DNA of 64,000 nt from an uncultured Chloroflexia bacterium (GTDB lineage: Bacteria; Chloroflexota; Anaerolineae; Anaerolineales; Villigracilaceae): the NCBI GenBank assembly GCA_963846805.1, contig CAWJXH010000003.1, forward strand, positions 671,832 to 735,831, in the 5' to 3' direction. The translations under genes and the position numbers were made by a program. The notes under the pieces were generated by a model. The model saw only the letters and a list, made by a program, of their open reading frames with translations. It was not told the origin of the DNA and ran no database searches. Shown here piece after piece: positions 38,158 to 46,940 of the stretch (positions are counted from its first letter, which is position 1; each line of letters starts with the position of its first letter).

Positions 38158-40485
38158 TCAGGTCGGAAACAATGTCTCCGCCTCGGCTCGGATGAAATGC
38201 TGGCGGTAGGCCGTGGTCTCCTCCAACACTCCGGTTATGGCGATGTAGAGTTCAGCTTGAAGATATTTGTTGGGGATATCACTTTCCGGGGATAGCTGCA
38301 ATTCGCCACTGTTATCTTCGATCTTTAGATGTCCGCCTGCGGCCAGCCATTCCAGCCCCAGGCGAACAGTGATCTCGGCTTGGGCAGTCGCAGCTGCCAA
38401 CTCGTTCAGCCGCGTTCGGCCGCTGCGCTGATGGAAGGTAAACTTGACCATTCCTGCAAGGCGCTCAAGAAACGCCTCGGCCTTCTCAGGATCGGGGACT
38501 GCCGCGAACAGATAGATCGTTCTTGGCCTTACAGTCGTGAGCGCCACGCGAAGTTCCGCGGGCGAGGGAGGGGGCGTCCAGATGGCCAACTCGTCTGCCT
38601 GCCGCAGATGAACCCGATCAGAGCCTTTGCCTTTGTCTGCCCCTTCGGCCCACACGAGAATCCTTGGCCCCAAGTCACTCAACTTCGCAGCCCGATTTCG
38701 CATATCCACGACTTTGGGCCTAAAGCCGCCAATTTCGACTGGCGCTTCCCGGACTATCTGATAGTCTATTAACTCGAGGGCGATGCGGGGCTCACCGCGG
38801 AACGAGTTTGCCCTAAGCGAATATGCCAGATCAAACCGGCTGCCCGGCTTGGCGAAGGCCTCGGGCAGCGTCTCCCTCCCGCCGCTCCACCACAACACCT
38901 CCTGTTTTGCGCCTTCTTCGTCCACAACCACCAGCCGGCGATGCTCTTTAGCGCTGCCCATTTCACGTACCGATTCCAATGCGAGACCGTGCGTGGCTAA
39001 CGCGATCTGCTGATTGCCGGCACCGAAAGGCGCCAACTGCTCCACTATACGCGCCAGTTGGAGTGAAACGGATGAGAGATTCACCCATGCATCTACTTGG
39101 AGAGTGGGCTCCTGCGTCTCAGCCGGCCCCAGCATCTTCTCCACTGTCTTGTAGAACGCTTTTCGAAATGCAGGAAATTGGTCCGTCTGAATCGAAAGAC
39201 CCGCGGCCATTGGGTGTCCGCCATACCCGACCAGGTATTGTCTATTGGCTTTGATTGCTTCGGTTATATGGAGCCCTTCCACCGAGCGGGCAGACCCCCT
39301 CAATGAACCGTCGTCGTATCGCGCAAGGAGAATTGCCGGTTTGTGGTAGGTTTCCACGAGCTTATTCGCGGCGATTCCAATCACGCCGCCGGGCCAGTTC
39401 GAATGTGAAAGGACGATCGCAGGCTCCGCGAGCAAAGCTGGATCCTCGCGCAGTTGCGCCTCGGCAGCCTCATAGACCTGGTTTGTCAACAGACGGCGTT
39501 GCGTGTTCAGACCCTCGATCTGGGCAGCCAGCACGCGTGCCCGAGTGGCGTCTTCCGTGAGCAGGAGTTCGACGGCGGGGTTGGCATCGGCAAGCCGGCC
39601 CAGAGCATTCAATCTGGGTGCAAAGGTAAAGCCGATGGTTGCTTCCGTCAGGGTCTCAAGACTTGTGCCGGACATATCCGCGATGACCTTGAGACCCAGA
39701 CGATTGGTTCTCCGCAAGGCTTGTATCCCTTTTTGGGCAAGATACCGGCTGTCGGCTTTTAGCAAGGCAACGTCGGCTATCAGTCCCAGAGCAGCCAGAT
39801 CGAGCAGATCGTCTGGCACGAGTTCGTGCAGCGAGTTTTGCGGAAACTGATTGACCGGCCATCGCCCAGGGTCCAAGAGAGCTTCGGCAACTTTGTACGC
39901 TACGCCCACGCCTGCCAGATATGCCAGCGGATGATCATCGGCTAGTAACCGTGGATTGACCACGGCGGCCGTATCGGGAAGCGTGTCGCCCAATTCGTGG
40001 TGATCGGTTACGATGACTTCCGCGCCGTGGGCATGAGCGTAGTCCACCGCTTCAAAGGCTGTAATACCCGTATCGCATGTCAGAATCAGCCTGGCGCCGT
40101 CGGAAATCAGGGGAGCAAGGCTCTGAATGTTGATCCCGTGACCTTCTTTTCCCCGAATCGGGATGTAATACGTCACGATTGCACCGAGAGCACGCAAAGT
40201 CTGCACGAGCACCGCAGTGGAGGTTTGGCCGTCCACGTCGAAATCCCCCCAGACGCAAATTGACTCGCGTTGGCACACCGCCTGCACGATCCGTTCAATG
40301 GCTTTGTCTAGGCCGGGAAGCTCTGAGGCCGAAGTCGGAACATAAGAATCAGGATTAAGGAAGGCATCGGCGGTCTGGACATTTGTGATCCCGCGCCGAA
40401 CCAGCGTCTCCGCGATAAGAGCCGGGAGATGAAGGGGCTGAAGCGCTTCAATGTTGACATGTTGCGGATCGAGCCAGCGGGTCAT
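38158..40485 (-). CDS. recJ: Single-stranded-DNA-specific exonuclease RecJ (long C-terminal extension)
   Basis: DHH motifs (VWGDFDVDGQTS, CDTG, VTDHH) and DHHA1 (GGH..AAG). Confidence 0.92.
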   Translation of the reverse strand: MTRWLDPQHVNIEALQPLHLPALIAETLVRRGITNVQTADAFLNPDSYVPTSASELPGLDKAIERIVQAVCQRESICVWGDFDVDGQTSTAVLVQTLRALGAIVTYYIPIRGKEGHGINIQSLAPLISDGARLILTCDTGITAFEAVDYAHAHGAEVIVTDHHELGDTLPDTAAVVNPRLLADDHPLAYLAGVGVAYKVAEALLDPGRWPVNQFPQNSLHELVPDDLLDLAALGLIADVALLKADSRYLAQKGIQALRRTNRLGLKVIADMSGTSLETLTEATIGFTFAPRLNALGRLADANPAVELLLTEDATRARVLAAQIEGLNTQRRLLTNQVYEAAEAQLREDPALLAEPAIVLSHSNWPGGVIGIAANKLVETYHKPAILLARYDDGSLRGSARSVEGLHITEAIKANRQYLVGYGGHPMAAGLSIQTDQFPAFRKAFYKTVEKMLGPAETQEPTLQVDAWVNLSSVSLQLARIVEQLAPFGAGNQQIALATHGLALESVREMGSAKEHRRLVVVDEEGAKQEVLWWSGGRETLPEAFAKPGSRFDLAYSLRANSFRGEPRIALELIDYQIVREAPVEIGGFRPKVVDMRNRAAKLSDLGPRILVWAEGADKGKGSDRVHLRQADELAIWTPPPSPAELRVALTTVRPRTIYLFAAVPDPEKAEAFLERLAGMVKFTFHQRSGRTRLNELAAATAQAEITVRLGLEWLAAGGHLKIEDNSGELQLSPESDIPNKYLQAELYIAITGVLEETTAYRQHFIRAEAETLFPT

Positions 40486-40642
40486 GTTCCTCACCAGGCG
40501 GTCGAGCAGTGGGAGAATCTATTCAGTGGAGACGACTACCAACATGGACTCTGTGGGGGTCTCGGCCGCGGACTATCAGTCCGACGCCGCGGCAGGCATG
40601 ATTAATGTGGTGGTTGCACGAAGGGCGGCCCGTGACGTTGAA

Positions 40643-42019
40643 CTATAGAGGCTCGAAACGTGCTGTGAAATGGCGCAGCAATTCCGGGGCATAGGTGAAT
40701 TTGTATCCTTTGATGGTCCGCGCATGCGACTTGATTCTTCCGGCCACGTCGGCCACGTAGTCCATGTGGCTCTGTGTGTAAGTGCGGCGCGGGATGGCCA
40801 GCCGTAGCAGTTCAAGCTTCGGGTAGATCATTTTACCGGTGTCGGGATCGGGGTAGGCAAACATGACCGAACCGATCTCCGAGCCGCGTATGGCACCTTC
40901 GAGATAAAGTTCGACTGCCAGCGCTTGCCCGGGGAACTCGCTCTGGGGGATCTGTGGCAGGGTTGCCTGCGCATCGAGATAGACTGCGTGCCCGCCCGCC
41001 GGTTGGATCGTAGGTATACCTGCTTCGTTGAAGCGCGCTGCCAAATATGCCGTCTGGGCCAGGCGATAGCCGAGATATGCCTCGTCCAGGCCTTCGTAAA
41101 GTCCGACTGCCATCGCGTCCAGGTCGCGGCCGGCGAGACCACCATAGGTGGGGAAGCCTTCGCGCAGGATTAGTTCGTTCTTGACATTTTGGAAGAGCGA
41201 TTCATCGTTCATGCACAGGAGGCCGCCGATGTTGACAATCGCGTCCTTCTTGGCGGACATCGTCATGCCGTCTGCGAGGCTGAACATCTCGCGTGCGATT
41301 TCGATGACGGGTTTGTTTTCGTAGCCCTTCTCGCGCAGCCTGATGAAATAACAGTTTTCAGCATAGCGTGCTGCATCGATGAAGAATGGGATGTTGTGTG
41401 CGTGGTACGTCTCAGATATGGCCCTGAGATTGGCCATCGAAACGGGCTGCCCGCCGCCTGCATTATTCGTCACCGTGACCATGCCAAACGGAATATTCGT
41501 CGGCCCCGTTTTCTCGATGAAGGCCTTCAGTTTGGTGATATCCATGTTGCCTTTGAACGGATGCGGATTGTCCGGGTCAAATGCTTCGTCAATGATGAGA
41601 TTGGTTGGCCGGCCGCCGCGGGCGCGAATATTGGCGTCGGTCGTGTCAAAGTGCATGTTCGAAGGGATGTAATGTCCCTGCCGGACAAGGGCGGCACTTA
41701 GTATGTTCTCGGCCGCCCGTCCCTGGTGCGCCGGAACGAAATACTTGAATCCGAATATGTCCTCCACCGCGGCCTTCAGGCGGTGAAACGACCGCGCGCC
41801 GGCGTACGACTCATCGCCACGCATCAGCGCCGCCCACTGCTCCTGGCTCATGGCGCCCGTGCCCGAGTCGGTCAGGAGGTCAATGAATATGTCCTCAGCT
41901 TTTAGAGCAAAAACATTGTAGCCGGCTGCTTCCAGTGCGGCCTTTCGCGCTTCGTGTGAGATGAGTCGAATTGGCTCGGTTACTTTGATGCGAAAGGGTT
42001 CAGGAGGGTAGGTAGGCAT
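40643..42019 (-). CDS. tnaA: Tryptophanase (beta-eliminating lyase family; tyrosine phenol-lyase not excluded)
   Basis: [15 protein letters not shown], the PLP lysine [23 protein letters not shown] and LRHFTA. These strings look closer to TnaA than to TPL (from memory). Confidence 0.8.
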   Translation of the reverse strand: MPTYPPEPFRIKVTEPIRLISHEARKAALEAAGYNVFALKAEDIFIDLLTDSGTGAMSQEQWAALMRGDESYAGARSFHRLKAAVEDIFGFKYFVPAHQGRAAENILSAALVRQGHYIPSNMHFDTTDANIRARGGRPTNLIIDEAFDPDNPHPFKGNMDITKLKAFIEKTGPTNIPFGMVTVTNNAGGGQPVSMANLRAISETYHAHNIPFFIDAARYAENCYFIRLREKGYENKPVIEIAREMFSLADGMTMSAKKDAIVNIGGLLCMNDESLFQNVKNELILREGFPTYGGLAGRDLDAMAVGLYEGLDEAYLGYRLAQTAYLAARFNEAGIPTIQPAGGHAVYLDAQATLPQIPQSEFPGQALAVELYLEGAIRGSEIGSVMFAYPDPDTGKMIYPKLELLRLAIPRRTYTQSHMDYVADVAGRIKSHARTIKGYKFTYAPELLRHFTARFEPL

Positions 42020-42184
42020 CTATTTCCTCGATTCGTCTTGACCATTGATATCCCTTGACAATTCCATTCTACAACTATTCTTCGTGGCGTGTCAGTGCAT
42101 AATTTCCTTTTTGGAGATCGAGAATAAGGGTTGAATCGCGAGACTTTTTGTGATACTGTGTCCTCAAAAAAGAGGAGATTCTCG

Positions 42185-43150
42185 ATGCGAGTCTGCGTTC
42201 TCTACGATGATGATACCTATGGTTTCACGCCCGCCGAATTCATGAAGCAGTATCCGTGCGAGTGGGAAATGGTCACGTTGAGCCGGCCTGTGATGGAGAA
42301 GATTCGCGCCGTCGCCGATCAGCATCGCTTCGACGTCTATTTCAACCTATGCGATGGCTCGTCCGACGAAGATTATCCGGGCTTGGATGTCGTCCAGGCG
42401 CTGGAGACGTTGAATCTTCCGTTTACCGGGTCGGACAGCAACTTTTACGATCCCACTCGGGAGCATATGCAGGCAGTTGCCGAAGCACATGGCGTTGGCT
42501 TTGCAAAAGGGTATCGCATCTCGGCAGAGAAAAAAATCGATGGCCTTGTGAAGAACCTGCATTTTCCGCTCATGGTCAAACATCCACAGAGTTACAGCAG
42601 CATTGGCATGACGCGTGAATTGCGCGTGGACGACCTGGAGCAATTGCACGCGCAGTTCCGGCGGATCGCCTCCGAGTTCGGCGCGGCGCGCGTGGAAGAG
42701 TTCATCGTAGGACGCGAGTTCAACGTACTGGTCGTGGACAACCCGGAAGATCTCGGACAACCATTCGTGTATCCTCCGACTGAACTGATCTTTCCGGTGG
42801 GTGACGAATTCTGGCATACCGATATCAAATGGGATTACTCGGTTCCTTTTGAATTCCGGCAGGTCGCCGATCCGGTGCTGGCCGCCCGGCTGCAGGACGC
42901 CGGACGCAAAATGTATCTGGCGATTGGAGGCACCGGCTATGGCCGCTGCGATATGCGTATGAAGGCCGATGGATCCATCCACATTCTCGAGATAAATGCC
43001 AATGCAGGTATCTTGTATACACCCGAGGAATACGGTCCCGCTGACTACATGATCCTGTATGATAAGGATGGATACTATGGTTTCTTTGATCGCATTTTCA
43101 GGTCTGCGATTGTCCGGCAAAAGCTCAGGGCAGTGAAAGCAGCGGACTGA
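42185..43150 (+). CDS. ATP-grasp enzyme (D-alanine--D-alanine ligase-like)
   Basis: RBS AAGAGGAG. Ddl-like N-domain, P-loop region PLMVKHP.SYSSIG, and C-terminal EINANAG. Confidence 0.75.
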   Translation: MRVCVLYDDDTYGFTPAEFMKQYPCEWEMVTLSRPVMEKIRAVADQHRFDVYFNLCDGSSDEDYPGLDVVQALETLNLPFTGSDSNFYDPTREHMQAVAEAHGVGFAKGYRISAEKKIDGLVKNLHFPLMVKHPQSYSSIGMTRELRVDDLEQLHAQFRRIASEFGAARVEEFIVGREFNVLVVDNPEDLGQPFVYPPTELIFPVGDEFWHTDIKWDYSVPFEFRQVADPVLAARLQDAGRKMYLAIGGTGYGRCDMRMKADGSIHILEINANAGILYTPEEYGPADYMILYDKDGYYGFFDRIFRSAIVRQKLRAVKAAD

Positions 43151-43185
43151 ATTTGCCCCACGGGTATCAAAAGCGCTAGGGTCTT

Positions 43186-43377
43186 GTGGTATATAATCTT
43201 GGCGTGCGCAAATTGCGACTGGCGTTGGCCCTGGCCCTGTTGCTTGTTTCGCTGACTCTGCTGGCTTGGGGATTATGGCCTGCGGCGCGGGAGCGGCACG
43301 TGCTGCCGATAAGCCCAACGGAGATGACACTGCCGACTTCGTCGTCATTCGTTCCCGTTTTTGTTGCGCGTTGCTGA
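43186..43377 (+). CDS. Small hypothetical membrane-anchored protein
   Basis: 63-codon ORF with one strong TM helix (LRLALALALLLVSLTLLAWGLW). No homology signal. Confidence 0.3.
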   Translation: MVYNLGVRKLRLALALALLLVSLTLLAWGLWPAARERHVLPISPTEMTLPTSSSFVPVFVARC

Positions 43378-43384
43378 AGCAGTC

Positions 43385-44170
43385 ATGTCATCACGGCGGA
43401 AGTTGGTTCTCCTCCTGGCGGGAACCGGATTGATCGTCCTGAGCTGCATCGGCGGCTTGACGTCGCAGCCTGCGGCCCCTGCACCGATTCAGGAACTTAG
43501 CACGCCAGCCAGCTTCAGCACCAGTGCTGCACCTACGATGGCAGCGGAAAACGAGCTGCCGTCGGTTATTGAGCCAACGGCAACCGCGGGGCAGCCTGCG
43601 CTTGTTGCACCTCCACCAGCCATCCCCGAATCTAGACGATTGACAATTGAATATCCGCCGAGCATCCGCACCGGGGACGCGGACGTATTGCGCCTGACCC
43701 TGGAGGTGGACACACTCGGCAATCTCACGCCCACTGCCGAGATTCAGGGCCATACCGTCACCGGGCAGACTGTGCAGGTTCCAAACCTGTACGACACGCA
43801 TGATGTGATTGCAGAAGCGCGGCTGGACCTTGCCGGGCCGGAAGTCCGTCCAAGTGATCAAATCAGCGAACCGCTGCTTCCGGGTCAATCGGTTACGTTC
43901 TATTGGAGCATTCACCCAACCGAGTCGGGAACGTACCGTGGCACTGCTTGGTTGTTCCTGCGCTTCGTGGATAGGGTTAGCGGAGCGGAAAGCCGCGAGG
44001 CGATTTCCGCTCAAACGGTGCAAATCGAAGCCACCAACTTTTTTGGCCTCAACGGGAACTTTGCGCGCACCGCTGGTGGCATCGGATCTGTCATTGGGGC
44101 GGTGCTTGGATTCCCTTTTGCGGACGATGTTCTCAAATGGCTGTGGAGGCGAATAGGCCACGGGGCATAA
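43385..44170 (+). CDS. Hypothetical protein with N- and C-terminal TM anchors
   Basis: ATG 43385. N-terminal TM helix, Pro/Ala-rich linker, beta-rich middle, and a C-terminal hydrophobic segment. Confidence 0.55.
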   Translation: MSSRRKLVLLLAGTGLIVLSCIGGLTSQPAAPAPIQELSTPASFSTSAAPTMAAENELPSVIEPTATAGQPALVAPPPAIPESRRLTIEYPPSIRTGDADVLRLTLEVDTLGNLTPTAEIQGHTVTGQTVQVPNLYDTHDVIAEARLDLAGPEVRPSDQISEPLLPGQSVTFYWSIHPTESGTYRGTAWLFLRFVDRVSGAESREAISAQTVQIEATNFFGLNGNFARTAGGIGSVIGAVLGFPFADDVLKWLWRRIGHGA

Positions 44171-44262
44171 TTGAGTATATTCGTATGAACAAATATATGA
44201 CGAATATCACCCGAGAATGGGCGCCCTGCAGCAATGCCTGCTTGTTCTTCATGGTACAATAG

Positions 44263-44299
44263 CGCCCGTGCTGGTAAACGGCACGGGCATTTCTTTATT
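44263..44299 (+). promoter_or_regulatory. Terminator/attenuator-like hairpin in the nuoA leader
   Basis: gcccgtgc-N10-gcacgggc followed by ATTTCTTTATT. Lies between a TGGTACAAT extended -10-like box (44252-44260) and the nuoA ATG. Confidence 0.4.
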
Positions 44300-44311
44300 A
44301 ACGGAGTTGCC

Positions 44312-44668
44312 ATGCAGAACGAATGGCTCTATGTTGGTTTGTTCGTGGTGGTGGGTGCGCTCGTTCCTACGGCTGCGATCGTAACTTCGTGGATTATTTC
44401 ACCCAAGAAACCCAATCCCATCAAGCAAAGCACCTACGAATGTGGCATGGAGACGGTTGGGGAGAATTGGGTGCAATTCAAGGCGCAGTATTATATCTTC
44501 GCGCTGGTTTTCCTTGTGTTCGATGTGGAAACGGTATTCCTTTTTCCATGGGCTGTTTCACTAGGCAAGCTGCCGTTGTTTGCCGTCCTTGAAGGCATTG
44601 TCTTCATCGTCATCTTGATCGCAGGCCTGGTCTATGCCTGGCGCAAGGGCCTGTTGGAATGGGTTTGA
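44312..44668 (+). CDS. nuoA: NADH-quinone oxidoreductase subunit A
   Basis: 118 aa, 3 TM helices, YECG.E..G and F.VFDVE..FL.PWA. Confidence 0.92.
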   Translation: MQNEWLYVGLFVVVGALVPTAAIVTSWIISPKKPNPIKQSTYECGMETVGENWVQFKAQYYIFALVFLVFDVETVFLFPWAVSLGKLPLFAVLEGIVFIVILIAGLVYAWRKGLLEWV

Positions 44669-44685
44669 TAAGTTCGGAAGTTTCC

Positions 44686-44721
44686 AAGGCTGAAAGGCAG
44701 TGACCTTCCAGCCTTTTCTTT
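44686..44721 (+). terminator. Terminator-like hairpin between nuoA and nuoH
   Basis: aaggctgaaagg / ccttccagcctt (11 of 12 paired) followed by TTCTTTG. Confidence 0.45.
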
Positions 44722-44782
44722 GTGTAAGCGATCCTCACCCTGCACGTGGCTGAGCATCGGCTCGGTGGTTTGGGAGCAATCA

Positions 44783-45976
44783 ATGAATTTATGGACCAAC
44801 CCGGTTAATTTCATCGCTCAGTGGCTGACGGGCTTGCTGGTTGGATGGGGCTTACCCGCCTGGCTGGCCAGTTTGCTGCTCCAGTTGATCGGCGTAGTTG
44901 TGCTGGTATCCCTGATGATGCTTCTGGATATTCTGCTCGTCTGGGTGGAACGCAAAGTGGTAGCCCGCTTCCAGGATCGCCTCGGCCCCAATCGCGTGGG
45001 TCCCTTCGGAATCATCCAGCCATTCGCGGATATCGTCAAGCTGCTGATTAAGGAAGACATCACGCCTGACGGTGCCGACCGCGTCGTCTACAACCTGGCG
45101 CCCATTCTCTCCCTGATGTCGGTGCTTCTCTTGTGGGCCATCGTGCCGCTTGCGCCCGTGATCTTTGGCGTCGACTTGAACGTCGGCGCGCTCTACATCA
45201 TTGCCGCCGGCGCCATTGGAACACTCTCCATCATTATGGCGGCCTGGTCGTCGAACAACAAGTTCGCTCTGATCGGCGCCTTCCGTCAGGTGGCCGTGCT
45301 GGTCTCTTTCGAAGTGCCGATGATCGCGACGATGCTCATTCCAACCATCCTGGCAGGCTCGATGGGGATGAATGCCATTATCCAGGCGCAGAGCACGTGG
45401 TTTGTCCTGCTGGCACCCCTGGCGGCAATCATCTTCATGATCGCCGCGATTGCCGAGCTTGGCCGCTCGCCTTTTGACATGAACGAGGCCGAGTCGGAAA
45501 TCGTTGCCGGTTTTCACATTGAATACACCGGCATGAAGTTCGGCCTCTTCTATGCGGGCGAGCTCCTGCACGCTTTTACTTTTGGCGGGTTCTGGGCTAT
45601 TCTCTTTTTTGGCGGATATCGTTTCTTTGGTCTGGAGAATCTTGGGCCGCTTGTCGCTGCGGTCATCTTGCTCGGCAAGGCCATGTTCGGCTATTGGGTC
45701 ATCATGTGGATTCGTTACACCGTGATGCGCATTCGTATCGACCACATGCTGGCTTTCAACTGGAAGTTCCTGACGCCGTTGGCGTTCGCGATCCTGATAG
45801 CGACCGCATTGATGAACGCGATCCTGCGTGGAACAAGCGTTGCAGTCCACGTAGCGGGGATGCTTTTGATGAACATCGTGCTGGCCCTGATAATTGTCGA
45901 AATCCTGCGCAGCTTCAGCAAGCGCCAGCGCGAGAAGTACGACCGTCCAGTGCAGTCGATTACGGCTCATCCTTAG
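44783..45976 (+). CDS. nuoH: NADH-quinone oxidoreductase subunit H
   Basis: ERKV.ARFQDRLGPNRVGP.G..QP.AD..KL..KE and ELGR.PFD..EAESE.V.G. Confidence 0.95.
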   Translation: MNLWTNPVNFIAQWLTGLLVGWGLPAWLASLLLQLIGVVVLVSLMMLLDILLVWVERKVVARFQDRLGPNRVGPFGIIQPFADIVKLLIKEDITPDGADRVVYNLAPILSLMSVLLLWAIVPLAPVIFGVDLNVGALYIIAAGAIGTLSIIMAAWSSNNKFALIGAFRQVAVLVSFEVPMIATMLIPTILAGSMGMNAIIQAQSTWFVLLAPLAAIIFMIAAIAELGRSPFDMNEAESEIVAGFHIEYTGMKFGLFYAGELLHAFTFGGFWAILFFGGYRFFGLENLGPLVAAVILLGKAMFGYWVIMWIRYTVMRIRIDHMLAFNWKFLTPLAFAILIATALMNAILRGTSVAVHVAGMLLMNIVLALIIVEILRSFSKRQREKYDRPVQSITAHP

Positions 45977-46043
45977 CAGGCTATCTCTCACCTTGGGGGC
46001 GTTCCTCGGTGCACGGGAGCGGGAGGTGAGGGCGGAGAGTTAC

Positions 46044-46552
46044 ATGACGATTATGCAGATTATCTTTCTGGTCGTGGGAGCAGTTATCCTCGGGTCAGCC
46101 CTCATGGTCGTGACCACCCGCAACCTCATTCACGCTGCGCTCTGGCTGATCGTCACTCTGTTCGGAGTGGCGGTCCTGTATGCCTTCCTCAATGCGGGTT
46201 TCCTGGCCGTGGTGCAGGTGGTTATCTATATCGGCGCGATCGCGATCCTCTTCATTTTTGCAGTGATGCTGACCCGCAAAGAAATGCGGGACCGGGGACC
46301 TCAGCTAAATGCCGGATGGTGGCTCAACGTCGTCCTCGCCGCGCTTACTTTTTCGGGGCTGATCTGGATGCTTCAGAGTTGGAGCGGTTTTTCCAAAGTT
46401 GCGGCCGATATTCCGTCAGGTTTCGATTCGGTCGGCCAATTGGGCAATGCACTGATTCGCCGGATGCATTTGTCCTGCCGTTTGAAGTCGCCTCCGTGCT
46501 GCTGCTGGCGGCGCTGGTTGGCGCCGTTTACGTCGCATTTACCCGAAAATAG
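46044..46552 (+). CDS. nuoJ: NADH-quinone oxidoreductase subunit J (frame broken near 46455-46458)
   Basis: N.IH.ALWL....... AV.QV.IY.GAI..LF.F..ML. The C-terminus DAFVLPFEVASVLLLAALVGAVYVA continues in the frame of ORF 46316-46552. Confidence 0.9.
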
Positions 46553-46561
46553 GAGTCTCGG

Positions 46562-46871
46562 ATGATTCCCCTTTCATGGTATCTCATCCTCTCGGCGGCA
46601 TTGTTCTGCATCGGTTTGTTTGGCGTGCTCTCTCGCAAGAACGCAGTGGCGATTCTGCTCGGCGTGGAATTGATGCTCAATGCAGTGAACATCAACCTGG
46701 TCTCATTTTGGCGCTACGGTGATGTAACCCAGATGACCGGCCAGGTGTTTGCGATCATCGTGTTTGCCGTGGCCGCGGCCGAGGTGGCGGTGGGTCTTGG
46801 CATTGGTGATTTCCGTTTACCGCCAGCGGAACACAGTCATTGCCGACGATATTGACATGATGAAGTGGTAA
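46562..46871 (+). CDS. nuoK: NADH-quinone oxidoreductase subunit K (frame broken near 46805)
   Basis: LS..LF.IG..GVL.R.N....L.G.ELMLNA.N and AAAEVAVGL. The canonical end VISVYRQRNTVIADDIDMMKW is read after removing one G. Confidence 0.9.
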
Positions 46872-46940
46872 TACGGTTCCTTGTGAGCGAAGCACGCCGG
46901 AACCCCAGGGGTTCAAAGGCTCGAAGGTTTTGGAGACCTC

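Noticed and set aside
44852-45991. Long antisense ORFs (for example 379 aa here; also 2217-2804, 2819-3526, 10191-11102, 42347-43348, 49221-49997, 62387-63457)
   Set aside because: All lie opposite genes with unambiguous conserved motifs. Their products are Arg/Gly/Pro-rich low-complexity strings, as expected from the reverse frame of GC-rich coding DNA.
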